From the NCBI RefSeq assembly GCF_001194135.2, contig NC_068984.1, positions 77,038,786 to 77,091,999 of the forward strand: DNA of 53,214 bases, given 5' to 3'. The stretch is from Octopus bimaculoides (Eukaryota). This document shows, one piece after another, positions 1 to 11,877 of this stretch (positions are counted from its first letter, which is position 1; each line of letters opens with the position of its first letter). The notes under the pieces were generated by a model. It did not search any database, was not told the origin of the DNA, and saw only the letters and a program-made list of their open reading frames with translations. The translations under genes were made by a program, and so were the position numbers.

Positions 1-66
1 CTCTCGGTTTCCGTCCACCAAATCCACTCACAAGGTATTAGTCGGCCTGAGGTTATAGTAGAAGAC
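1..66 (-). mobile_element. tRNA-derived SINE family A, internal fragment
   Basis: ggtttccgtccaccaaatccactcacaagg..gtcggcc.gagg.tatagtagaagac matches 39535-39597 and the reverse complement of the full copy at 42663-43077. Confidence 0.75.
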
Positions 67-884
67 ATATTTATATATATATATATATATATAGCGGAAT
101 TAAAATGATACTTATGAATATCAGCAATTTCGCTCGTGGAAAGTCATTTTAAAACAGGAACAAAATATTCAAATGCAATAATCTCAGTCAGTCAAAAGCT
201 TTAGACAATGTTGGTTGATGTAAATGTAGGCTTCAAAGCTCACTCCTTGAAGGGCAGCTTTGCCTTTCATGATATATGTACCAGAGCAAAGTATAGAATT
301 AATTTGTAAGTTTCTTCCATTACCCAAAAATAACATAACAGTATAGTAAATATTAACCTTAATCAATTAATTTCCATATATTTATGACTGTAGATTCTGC
401 TTTGGAATAATGACTACTATTTATACCTCATTAAAAATTACATCGATGGTTTAATAATCATTCAGATTTGAGCAAACGTTTTTAAAATTTTAGTTTCGAA
501 AAACGAAAATACATTACAAATTACAAATTACAAATTTGAAATTAATAATTTGAATTTATTTAATCATTATAATTGCGTTTAAACAAAAATTCGGTACAGC
601 AACTGACAGAATGCTTTACGTATTTAGTGTTCTTATATCTCGTCTTTTGATTTCAATCCCAACCAAAGCCAAGTTTATGTTTTATCCTTCTGGGTCAACA
701 AAATATGTAGCAGCTAAATATTAAGGGTCCACGTTATAAATTTGTTATAAATCGTGTATATTTAATTAGAAAAAAATTCAGAAATTGTTTCCGTACCTAA
801 CCAAAATATATCTCGTATAACATTGAGACAACTTTGAACGGCAGATATCCTTCTTTGGCTAGCAAGTTTGGTTTGCATCTATGT

Positions 885-977
885 TGTATCAAGTTCAATC
901 CAATGACAAGATCAGCTCATTTGAAATTTGTTTTCTACCATAGCTATGGGCCTTCTATGGCGAAAGCTTTTGAGGTG
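885..977 (+). mobile_element. Highly decayed SINE family A head
   Basis: caagttcaatcc (B-box-like) followed by ttctaccatagc..gggcc..aaagcttttgag, resembling 42715-42790. Confidence 0.35.
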
Positions 978-2949
978 ATATACGAAGCAGCTCATATATA
1001 TATATACACATACACACACGTATGTGTATTATGTGCGCGCGCGCATGTATGTGTGAGTGTGTGTTTTTTCAAGATTGTTAAGAGAATATGATATTAAATA
1101 GTATATTTACATATAAAGTATGCACTCGCGATCTTTTTCTCTCTGACTATAATTTTGTTCAATGTTCTGTGTAAATAATAATCGATTTGAAATTTCTATG
1201 TGACGAGGTAATCAAGAGGATAAGAAGAATGTTTCAGAAGAACAATCGATTTATAACTGTTGCCGTTGTTGTTTAGGCTTAGTAGAGACCCTACTTGAGT
1301 AGGTGTATGTTCAAAAATTATCCAATCGCAACGGTAAATCGATTTTTTATAAGACGTTATGGATTGAAGGATATGCAAATGACAGCTATTTCACACACGG
1401 TAAGTTGTAACCTATACGAGTCTCCTTTGTTTCCAGAATTTATTACCATTTGCTGATTCGCAGAGCTAACAGGAAGTCTTCTACATGATTTCATAATGTG
1501 CTAAAAATAAAAAGAATCAGCCAAATTTCTCTTCTACATGAATATCCTGCTCTGTTCGGGATCTTGGGTGTACCAAAAAATTATTAGTGAGTACTCCAAG
1601 AGCATAAGGTTAGGAAGAATGCTCATGTAGCTTTCCGACACTTTACGTTTACCAAACTTCACTCCCAAGTTGCTGGCTAACCAAAGGTTACACCGATCTG
1701 TATAATTGAATCTAGAACTATGTGTTTGTGATGTAAACTTAGAAATCAAACAAATTTGCTCTCTAGTATCATACTACCTACGGTAGAGATCTGTTCTGTC
1801 CATAGGTTTCGTTGAACCACCGACTTGAATAAATTGAAAACCAGCAATATTTGTTTCAGTCATATCTAATGTAGGAAGGTGTGGACTGCCATTCGTCTTT
1901 ATTGTAATTTACAGAACAGAAATCTTTTCAGCTGAACCAGACTGTTTCCTAAAATCACTATATGTGTTATGTCTAAATCAATCTTTATAATATTTTACAT
2001 GTAATTTACATAAGTGGCTCTGGAGTCGAGGTGAAATAATCAGTTAACAGATTTTAATTTCCAGGCTGGAATCGACCGACAAGAAATGTATGCGTTGTTG
2101 ATTATAATATGGTCTGTGATTTCTTCTGTTATTACATATTGAATGTTTATTTTATTATACATATGATTTAATTTAATTTAATCAAATTTCTATAGAGTTC
2201 TCTCTGATGTCTTGCTTTTCTATTAAAACCGTGTTTACACACGAACTGTATAATAACATTTGAAGTAGAATCGAGATTTTGGCTCTATTTCTCGTCATTG
2301 TTTACAATGAGGAATCAATTTTCATTTGGTGTTGTTTTATGAGGTATAATTATGCACCGATAAAGACCTCTTTGTTGCTTAGTTTACTGTTCACACCAGG
2401 CCTCTTCTTGTAATCGTTTGTTTGTTTTTTTCTAAACAACCAGAAGACATATGCCTTTGGGTAGAGGGTTGTGTAGGCTATTATCAACATCTTGACGACA
2501 TCGTTGACTGATTCGCTTTTATAATTCCATTCTGCTGCCAATTTCTAATATTTGAATATTGATTTCCTACATTGGCAAAAATGTATACACATCTACACAA
2601 AAAATACAGGCTATATAGACGAATCGAATACATTACTGGTACTAATACTAACATCCTGCGATTGACGAGATGCAAGGCCTTAAACCCCAGAGAAATTTGA
2701 ACCGAAAGTAAAGTGTAAGATCTAATTCCTCAGAAGTAATTTCACAGTTAACCCGTTGTATTTATCAAACAACCGGCCTTCTTATGAAAACTGAGTAATA
2801 TGTGAATTGAGCCCCATTGGCAAAAATGTACTTTCCTGATAATTTGATTTCTTAAGCAATACCATTCCCCGATAAGTACCGATTTGCATTCGTAGAGTCG
2901 ATAGAATAATGGATGAACCGCGTATTATTTAATCATGTCTCTTTTGATT

Positions 2950-3040
2950 CCAAGTTCAAATCCCACCGAGATCAATGTTAGCGTTTAATTTTTTTCCAAG
3001 ACCGATAGAGTAAATACCAAGAGTTCTGTTGTCAGTTTAA
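2950..3040 (+). mobile_element. Decayed SINE family B fragment
   Basis: aagttcaaatcccaccgagatcaa...accgatagagtaaatacca resembles the reverse complement of 19025-19140 and 51258-51476. Confidence 0.35.
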
Positions 3041-3319
3041 TCAAATATATTATACTCCACCAAAATGTTGACCATATACCGATATAAAAAAACTATGATT
3101 ATAGTGTAAAATGTTTTGATTTTATTTAACTGATGCTGGCTTTTTAATAACATGAATGTCAGAAAATTTAATTTTTAAGTAATTTATCTGTAAACAAATG
3201 CACTTATTTCTCTAAGTTATTTATTTTATACAGTTCTATATTTATGATTATGAGGAATTACGTACATTACGTACATTATTTACAATTGACGGATATTTGT
3301 CCTTATCTTGTTTGTTGTT

Positions 3320-3365
3320 GACACAACGTTTCAACTGATATACCCTCCAGCCTTCATCAGGTGTC
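3320..3365 (-). ncRNA. Minimal type I hammerhead ribozyme motif (PLE-type)
   Basis: Minus strand reads GACAC-CTGATGA-A-GGCTG-gagggtatat-CAGTT-GAAA-CG-TT-GTGTC: perfect 5-bp stem I, stem II with two G-U pairs, palindromic AACGTT in place of stem III (dimer type), GUU triplet. Confidence 0.7.
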
Positions 3366-3527
3366 TTCGGGAAATTTCGAACCTGGGTTCTCATTCCTAA
3401 GGTATTTTTTTTCGATGTTATTATTTTTGTTATTCAGGTCACTGCCTGGAATCGAACTCGGAATCTTGGGGTTAAGAGCACGGGCAACTAACTCCAAGAT
3501 TCCGAATTCGATTCCAGGTAGTGACCT

Positions 3528-3555
3528 AATTAATAATAATAATAATAATAATAAC

Positions 3556-3615
<60 letters not shown>
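3528..3615. repeat. (AAT)n microsatellite in the right arm of the foldback element
   Basis: Direct reading. Confidence 0.95.
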
Positions 3616-3616
<1 letters not shown>

Positions 3617-3670
3617 TAAACATCGAAAAAATACCTTAGGAATGAGAATCCAGGTTCGAAATTTCCCCAA

Positions 3671-3716
3671 GACACCTGAAGAAGGCTGGAGGGTATATCA
3701 GCCGAAACGTTGTGTT
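3671..3716 (+). ncRNA. Minimal type I hammerhead ribozyme motif (PLE-type)
   Basis: GACAC-CTGAAGA-A-GGCTG-gagggtatat-CAGCC-GAAA-CG-TT-GTGTT: intact core, perfect 5-bp stem II, stem I with one G-U. Confidence 0.7.
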
Positions 3717-4256
3717 AACAACAAAGATGAGGACAAATATCCGTTAAGTATCTGTATGCTCCTCGTATCTCTATACGCACACACTCACACATATACCATA
3801 CTTATACACACACACAGACACACATATGTACACACACAAGCACACACACATGCACACACACATGCACACGCACACACACACTCACGCACGCACATTCTCT
3901 CTCTCCCTTACAATAATATTATATATANNNNNNNNNNNNNNNNNNNNNNNNNNNNNNNNNNNNNNNNNNNNNNNNNNNNNNNNNNNNNNNNNNNNNNNNN
4001 NNNNNNNNNNNNNNNNNNNNNNNNNNNNNNNNNNNNNNNNNNNNNNNNNNNNNNNNNNNNNNNNNNNNNNNNNNNNNNNNNNNNNNNNNNNNNNNNNNNN
4101 NNNNNNNNNNNNNNNNNNNNNNNNNNNNNNNNNNNNNNNNNNNNNNNNNNNNNNNNNNNNNNNNNNNNNNNNNNNNNNNNNNNNNNNNNNNNNNNNNNNN
4201 NNNNNNNNNNNNNNNNNNNNNNNNNNNNNNNNNNNNNNNNNNNNNNNNNNNNNNNN

Positions 4257-4305
<49 letters not shown>

Positions 4306-4317
4306 GATATAGATATT

Positions 4318-5722
4318 GACATATTATTAAAATCAGTGCTTAAACACACACCCAGTATTGTGAGAGATGACCTGGACCTCCTAAACCATCTCCCTAAACA
4401 TGCCAATAAAGACATTTACATCGTCTCCTTTGATGTGATAAACCTTTATACTACGATTCAATACGGGCTGGAAGCCATTAAATTCTGACTTGAAAATATC
4501 CCAATGAGGTCCCGGAAAATATAAAAACAGAATTTGTCATCGCAGGCCTTAAATTTAGCTTCCCAAACAACTTTTAAATTTTAATAATACCTACAAACAG
4601 CATTCAGGAACTGCGATGGGTTCTAAAGTTGCCCCATCTTATGCCAACCTGGTGATGGCCTACTTGGAAATACAAATAGATGAACAATCTAAAATTAAAT
4701 ATGGCCTGTCTTTCCGCAAATATCTGTTGGAGTATTGGAAACGCTTCTTGGGTGACGGCTTCATTCTATTGTCTCACACATTCGACCAACTCAATGAATT
4801 CAAAAATCTAATCAACAGCGTCCACAACCATATCCAATTTACAATGGAATACAATGAAGACCAATTCCCATTTCTAGACATCCTACAAACCGTCTGATTC
4901 CAAACAATACCTCCTGTTTACGTTCACTCACCCAAAGCACATCAATACAAATATACCCTTCAATCTAGCGAGAAAAATCTGTACAATTGTCTCAAATTAT
5001 GAAACGCGAAATAAAAGCCTCCAAGGACTAAAGGAAATTTTCCTTGAAAGACAGTACCCAGCATCATTAGTTGACAATGGAATAGGACAAGCTAAGACAA
5101 TCGATATCCAAGCCTTGCGAAAACCGAAGCACATTCTAGGTACATTAAATAGTTCCCCATATCTCGCAACACACAATCCAAGAAATACAGAAGCTTACAC
5201 AATAATATACAAGAACATCCCACTACTGAGTCATGATCCACGTTTTAAAAAGCACTCGAAGCCCATAAAATAATAAAAAGTAAGAGATAACCCAAATCCC
5301 TAAAAATGTTACTCACCAATGCAAAATTACCCAACAGAAGCTCAACATCCGCCGTCAAAATATGTGGTAGCTCTAATTGCAGTATATTCATCCACCTCAT
5401 TGATGGAATGATATATAATTTGCAATCAGGGTACCAAAAATTTACCTTATGTCGTTAGGTGTGAAGGGTGCCACAAAAACTACATAAGGCAAACTAGTCC
5501 ACCCTCAGAGATAGGATGACAGTCCACTGCTAACAATTGAGGGATCCCACCACAAGACAGATACCACTTAGTGGCTATCTAGATCTCTGTGCACATAATA
5601 AGCGCCCCAAATTCCTAGTTTTCACATTGTACCGTTGTCCAGACAGCACCACTGTCCAAACACAGATAAGTAAGGAAAATATCTTTATTCAAAAATACAG
5701 ACCACAACTCAGTTTATTCTAA
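4318..5722 (+). pseudogene. Decayed Penelope-like retroelement ORF: reverse transcriptase + GIY-YIG endonuclease
   Basis: IVSFDVINLYTTI; MGSKVAPSYANLVMAYLE; YWKRFLGDGFIL (decayed RYxDD); FTMEYNEDQFPFLDIL; YVVRCEGCHKNYIRQT at about 5448-5495; C-terminal KENIFIQKYRPQL. Multiple stops and frameshifts; the 5' part is lost in the microsatellite/gap. Confidence 0.9.
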
Positions 5723-5744
5723 CATCTCAAGAAATATACTTGGA

Positions 5745-7165
5745 CTGCCGACACATAAACACAATACCTCTACCTCTGCCCCTCAAGAACACACATCCGC
5801 AACAGTCACACACAGAAACACATACAGATACACACCACCCTGAGCAACACAACATACAGATACACACACAAATACAATGCACCCACACACACATACATAC
5901 ACACACACAACTACAATATTTCCATTCTCGAACAAAAATACACACACATTCCAAGAAAGAACACACAAATATACACAAGCAATACGATTCTAGCAATCAC
6001 AGCAAACACTCACAGACACACACATACATAGACACACATACATAAACACGTACATGCACACAATTATACACACTGCCCTGACAATTCCAAGACACACTCA
6101 TAGAAACACACACTCACATACACACATACCACACAGAAAAATACAAACAAAACGCGCACACAACATTAAAAAAAATACGCACAACCACAGCAAGCACAGA
6201 TACACATATACAGATACGCACACAAACACACACAAATACTACACAACCCACGCACACACATACGAATACCTACACACATACGCACACACACACAAAGACA
6301 ATATGCCCATTCCCCTCTAAAAATGCGCATACGCTCAAAGAAAAAACACCCACATATACATACGCAATACAATTCCAGCAATCACAACAAACACTCACAG
6401 ACACACACACATACACACACATAGAAGCACGTACACACACACCATAACACACACCACTCTGACAAATACAAGACACAAACACAACCACACGCATGTACAC
6501 GTACAGACACTCACTCCGCCACAACAAATATAGCACACACACCCCAAAATACGTAAACCACTTTCACATACACACACACGCAAAACACAAACACATACCC
6601 AGGACAAACACGCACAGTACGTACACACGCACACACACACGCATACATACACACCACCCCGATAAGCGTAACAAACACGGACACACACATATTCCTTGAG
6701 AAATACAACACACTCACACGCATACACACTCACACACATACATACATATGCACCTAAACACACCCATACGTACGCACACTCACACACACACATGCACACA
6801 CCAGCCGGACAATTATAACATTACAAATATACACAGTCACATACACATGCTCACGTACACATATACAACCCTGACCAACACAACACACACAAACATACAT
6901 ACGCACACACACAGACGTACACATACACACACACGCGAACAAACACATATATACACATATATTCACACGTGCACACACATAACACCCTGACAAAACCAAA
7001 TCACACATATACGCACACCACCCTGCTAAATATTAAAAAAACACACATACACAGACCCATACACACACACACTACACTCAACTCTACAACCAGTCAAAAA
7101 TCACTACACACATGCACAAGCATATATATACACACACACATAGAACCGTGCATACACACACACAT

Positions 7166-7215
<50 letters not shown>
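5745..7215. repeat. About 1.5-kb imperfect (CA)n-rich low-complexity tract
   Basis: Direct reading; source of many spurious His/Thr and Cys/Val ORFs. Confidence 0.95.
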
Positions 7216-7775
7216 CATCTTGAACTCTAAGACTAGTCGAAAAACCACCGAACCATGACAGACTAGCCCAGAAACAAAAAAATCCTTTTGATTCCACAAA
7301 CTATTCGAAATCAGATCATGTAACTGATCCAAACCAACCTCCTACACTATTTCTAAAACTAGCAACCGTCGTTGCGAAACACATATACAAGACTGGAGAT
7401 GAAGAAAAAAGGTTGGTCACTGGTCATTCCTCTGAAATCCTTGTAAATAATTATGATTTCTGCTGAACTTTTGACAAAGCAATACACGCTTTCTCCTATT
7501 AAATAGTGTCTACAAATTGTTTTTGTGTATATAACTATAAACAATTAGGATTTCTGATTAATTTATAAACAATTCTGAACTTATTTTACATCCAATTTTG
7601 AACACTTTTATATAAACTATTTAGACACTAAGCCTGTCTTATATTCTTATCGTTGTCAAAGATTCTGTTTCTTAATATTGTCTTATCATGGTCGAAGACT
7701 CTATCACTGTATTTTAATACATCGATGTTAACTAATTTTTAACACCACAAAGACCACACAAAGCTTTGCACTTTA
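7216..7775 (+). mobile_element. Probable PLE 3' UTR / pseudo-LTR with decayed hammerhead
   Basis: Follows the PLE ORF; GCAAC-cgtc-GTTGC-GAAAC-ACATAT at 7362-7386 resembles stem II + GAAA + a deaminated palindrome; the CUGANGA position reads CTAAAAC. Confidence 0.45.
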
Positions 7776-7861
7776 CTTAAAAATTTCTTTTTTTAAAACA
7801 AAATGTGAAACAGGTCAAGTCAATAAACATCTTTAATAGACCTCTGCATTTTAAAATCCAC

Positions 7862-7949
<88 letters not shown>

Positions 7950-7959
7950 NNNNNNNNNN

Positions 7960-7991
<32 letters not shown>

Positions 7992-8023
<32 letters not shown>

Positions 8024-8895
8024 ACATACGAATACTTACATATACGCATGTATCCACACGTATATATGTACGTATGTACACGACCGATTTAATTGCCTGT
8101 CCAAACTCCACGTTCTATATGGTCAAAATACTGCCGCAGTGAATATAATGCCGAAGTAAATATATAGATTTATATAAATAAGGATAAGATCGTCATTTAA
8201 AATACCGATCATATCAAGTGGCCAGCATAGGAATAAAAACCTTATACGTAATAATTATTATTGAAATTATTAAAATTATAATTAAGGGTTTCTAAAAGGT
8301 AACACCATGCAAGAGATAGCAGTCAAAATGTGACTCTAAAACCACATCCTGTATTCATACGGCACCAGAAGAAAAGACAAAAAGACAAATAAACTAGTAA
8401 AAATTTATTCGATAATCCCAGATCCACATTTCTGGCTTTGCACAATACATATTTGTAATTATGTACTGTCTGTGTATATTCCACTGATGAGGCAGAGTAT
8501 ATTTTTATGCAAAGCCAGAAATCCAGATCTAGGATTATCGAATAATTTTTTTGCTAGTTTATTTGTTTTTTTGTCTTTCTCCTGGTGTTGTATGAATACA
8601 TGATGTGGTTTTAGAGTAAAGTTTTGACTGCTATCTCTAGCATGGTGGTATCTTTTAGATACCCTTAATTATAATTATTACCTATAAGGTTTTTATTCCC
8701 ATGCTGGCCAATTGATATGATCGGTATTTTAAATGACAATCCTATCCTTATTTATATAAATTTATATATTTACTTCGGCATTATATTCACTGCGGCGGTA
8801 TTTTGACCATATAGCACGTGGAGTTTGGACGGGCAATTAAATCGGTCGTGTACATACGTACATATATGTGTGTATATGTAGGTATTCATTTGTTG

Positions 8896-8931
<36 letters not shown>
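7992..8931. mobile_element. About 940-bp palindromic element bounded by (TA)n
   Basis: Arms about 7992-8443 and 8508-8931 are reverse complements (ORFs 7965+ and 8770- share YVHDRFNC.SKLHVLYGQNTAAVNIMPK); the centre holds CTGATGA-GGC...GCC-a-GAAA-TCC-agatcta-GGA (8484-8534). Confidence 0.88.
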
Positions 8932-8932
<1 letters not shown>

Positions 8933-8941
8933 TCCCGGCGC

Positions 8942-9014
8942 TGTGGTTTTAAAGTCAAGTTTTGAATGCTATCTCTAGCATGGTGGTATCTTTTGGATAC
9001 CCTTAATTATAATT
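8942..9014 (+). repeat. Direct duplicate of 8604-8676 (internal part of the right arm of the 940-bp palindrome)
   Basis: tgtggtttta.agt.aagttttga.tgctatctctagcatggtggtatctttt.gatacccttaattataatt occurs at both sites. Confidence 0.9.
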
Positions 9015-9029
9015 TATATATATATATAT

Positions 9030-9348
9030 ATTACATATACTGAATTTATTTTAGCTTGACAAGGTTTTCGTAATATCAGTAACAATATATCGGAGGTGAC
9101 TGATTTCGTCTAGCATGTGACAAAATGATACACGTCACTGACAAGCTCCAGTAAGAGCGAAACTATCCTGGAGTTACATTATCCCAACAGCGACTTATTG
9201 TAACTCCAGAATAGTTTCGCTCTTATTAGAGCTTGTCAGTGAGAAGGTATCATTTTGTCACATGCCAGACGAAATCAGTCACCTCCTATATATTGTTACT
9301 TATATTATGAAAACCTTGTCAGGCTAAAATAAATTCAGTATATGTAAT
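9030..9348. mobile_element. About 320-bp palindromic element with hammerhead-like core in each arm
   Basis: Arms 9030-9178 / 9199-9348 with about 10 mismatches by hand count and a 20-nt loop; CTGACAA-GCTC-6nt-GAGC-GAAAC at 9138-9163 (+) and 9214-9239 (-). Confidence 0.88.
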
Positions 9349-9504
9349 TGAAACAGAATAAAATTATAAACGCCATCCGTGTATCATATATTCACAATTG
9401 ACTGGCATGACGCTGTATTTTTCATCTTAGAGAACATCTTTTCATAGACATTTATTAATAGCACAATATATAATATTCGATGGTTTGTAGCAGGAACAAA
9501 GCAA

Positions 9505-9660
9505 CAAATCGTGGGAGAATGATTTGTAGATTAAATTGACCCCCGGTAATTTATTTTATCTGGAATGATTGAAAGTAAAGTCGACCATGGCGGCACTTGA
9601 ACTGAAAAACGTAAAGGATATAACAGAATAAAAATCTAAAGAATCTGCCAATCCACTGGA
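9505..9660 (-). mobile_element. Decayed SINE family B
   Basis: ttgaccccc..attttatc..gaaagtaaagtcgacc.tggcggcacttgaact..aacgtaaag matches 19030-19140. Confidence 0.55.
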
Positions 9661-10454
9661 ATGTAGTATATTGTCATAATATAAATATATAAAACTATCG
9701 TAATATAAAAACAAAAAAAAATCAATCACGGAAGCAGTCTCAAAACTAGACTATACACCCAAGCACTCACAAACAAATGAACGGACAAATTCAAATAATA
9801 TGTTTAACAAACTGTAAAAAACAAATTATTTGCCCGGATTATGAGCATGACCTTTGACAATCATGTCACATGATATAGTGATTTAGAACAAACTCGAAAT
9901 TAACACCAAAGACAGAAAGACTGCATTAATATTTTGCTTGGAAGGATGAACAATTAGAAGCAAGAGTGAAAGAAAAATGGAAAAAACAAAAACGGAAAAT
10001 ACGATGTGATTAGCTATAGAATATTAAGTGTCTAATTAAACGTAGACAAAACCCACCTAATCAATCAATCATATTAGAACACGTTATCTCTGTCACAAAA
10101 ATCAATCATCATGAAATTTTAGTAGTGGAAAATTGTTGCTTGGTTCAAATAGGTGATGCCTCTCATTTGCGCTGTCTCTTATATAGTCTGGAGTTAAGAT
10201 TGTCAACCACCACATAAACATAACGTCTGTTTTCTCTTTTAATCCTATCTTATTATTTTTATTCTTTTATTAAACCAGCATAAGATATAACTGCAATTAA
10301 AAGAAGGCGTGGAAAAAGAAATGGAGATGAAGGAAGAGGTGAAGAAATAACGGACAATTTTTGTGGTTTTGTGGAATAAACGGTTTACTAAGGTAAAGTC
10401 CTCGCAGACATATCGATGCTAACCAGCGAAAAGAAGAAAAATTCTACCGATTTC

Positions 10455-10790
10455 GTTCATTTGCAGCCATGCTGGAGCACCATGTTAACAGATTTATCGA
10501 CCTCAGTAATTATATTTCTTAAACTGCTAGTTACGGAGATGCAGATAAAGCAGAAGTAATTGACAAGCAGCAGTTACCCACACATAATCACATGCTCACA
10601 CATAGACACAAGCAGACAAACACCCCCTGTACACATACATACATACATACATACATAGATACACAAAGCTTCCACACACTAATTTGATCTGTCAACTCAA
10701 GACATTGGTAGGCCCAAAGTTATAGAGAAGGATACTTACCCAAGAGGCCGTGCAGTGGGACTGAAATCAAAACTGCGAGGTGGAGAATCG
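10455..10790 (-). mobile_element. Decayed SINE family A-like copy
   Basis: gcagccatgctggagcacc ... internal CA/TACA tract ... cccaagaggccgtgcagtgggactgaa, collinear with the reverse complement of 42663-43077. Confidence 0.6.
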
Positions 10791-11311
10791 AACATCATAA
10801 CCCCATAATCATGATTCTTTTTTCTATTCATTATTCGGCTTTTTCCGGAGAAAAGGACTGTGCTTACGCCGTTCGCAAGCTTCCGGGGATCAACGTAGTT
10901 AGCTCTGTAACGAGAACAAGGTTGTGATCTAAATATGTGTGCCAATATACACAGTCTCATACGCACTCGCACACACGCACATGCACACTCATACTCACAT
11001 ATTTCTATATCAGTATCTCTCGGGACTTTTCCAAGGCTTTGGAACGGTTTCTTGCTGTCGTCGCCGGTCGAATAGGTGTAGCATGTACTTAGCAATGATA
11101 GAAGACTAAACCTCAAGAGCTCGATATATCTTTCATGGTCACTAACTTATGTAATTACCACACAAATCTTAGTGAAAGCACACATTACAATCTCAAATGA
11201 GGAGACCTAGGAGAATACTGTCTTTGATATAGAGAAACTACGCAATGGACATTGGTTAATTTCAGCAAGACGTTTGCTCGTTTAGAGCAGATCTGGCACT
11301 AACAACAGCAA

Positions 11312-11415
11312 CACAAGAAGAAGAAGAAGTAGAAGAAGAAGAAGAAGAAGAAGAAGAAGAAGAAGAAGAAGAAGAAGAAGAAGAAGAACAACAACAACAA
11401 CAACAACAACAACAA
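11312..11415. repeat. Compound (GAA)n-(CAA)n microsatellite
   Basis: Direct reading. Confidence 0.95.
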
Positions 11416-11877
11416 GTGAAATAAATTGAAACTTAGCTACCTTAATGAATTTAGGATTTATAATCCCAATATTAGCATTAAACTACGAGTTTAAGCCATG
11501 CCAACGTACAGGCAACACTGAAAGACATTTTGGAGTGGAGCGTTGCCGATTAAATAAGCTCACGGTCTCTCGCCGCACGTGCACTTACTCGTAGCACAGC
11601 AGCATATATGAAAAATAATGGTAGATCCAAACATATTATGTATGTTATGTAGGTATATCTCGGTCGGCGTTTGTAGGAGATGCACGTTGATTTCACAGAA
11701 ATGGGTATGGACATGCAAGCTGGTAAAACATTTTGCTATTATTGCTATAATCCCGTACTCCATGAAAATCTTGTCGACATTCACAGGTGGAAGAGATTAC
11801 TGAATGTTCAGTTATGAGTATATAGACGGGCTTGTTCATGTAGATGGTGCTACGAAATCGTATTTCATTGTATTAGA

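Larger units (their letters stand above)
3286..3747. mobile_element. Palindromic (foldback) non-autonomous element: two head-to-head arms, each a tRNA-like head + (AAT)n + PLE-type terminus with hammerhead
   Basis: Outer inverted repeat 3286-3420 / 3617-3747; inner inverted repeat 3436-3474 / 3489-3527; B-box GAGTTCGATTCC (minus, 3448-3459) and GAATTCGATTCC (plus, 3504-3515); family sequence probably continues leftward to about 3226. Confidence 0.85.

Noticed and set aside
1780-1895. Resemblance of TNIAGFQFI to the ionotropic glutamate receptor ATD motif ANITGFQ
   Set aside because: Too short, the spacing does not fit, there is an upstream stop and no convincing splice sites.
5727-7297. His/Thr-rich and Cys/Val-rich ORFs; poly-Ile/Asn/Asp/Met ORFs elsewhere
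   Set aside because: Translations of CA/TG and trinucleotide microsatellites.
10736-11116. ORF with signal-peptide-like start MRFSLLSLLSTC
   Set aside because: The start codon is TTG, not ATG, and the frame runs through a CA repeat and into a SINE.
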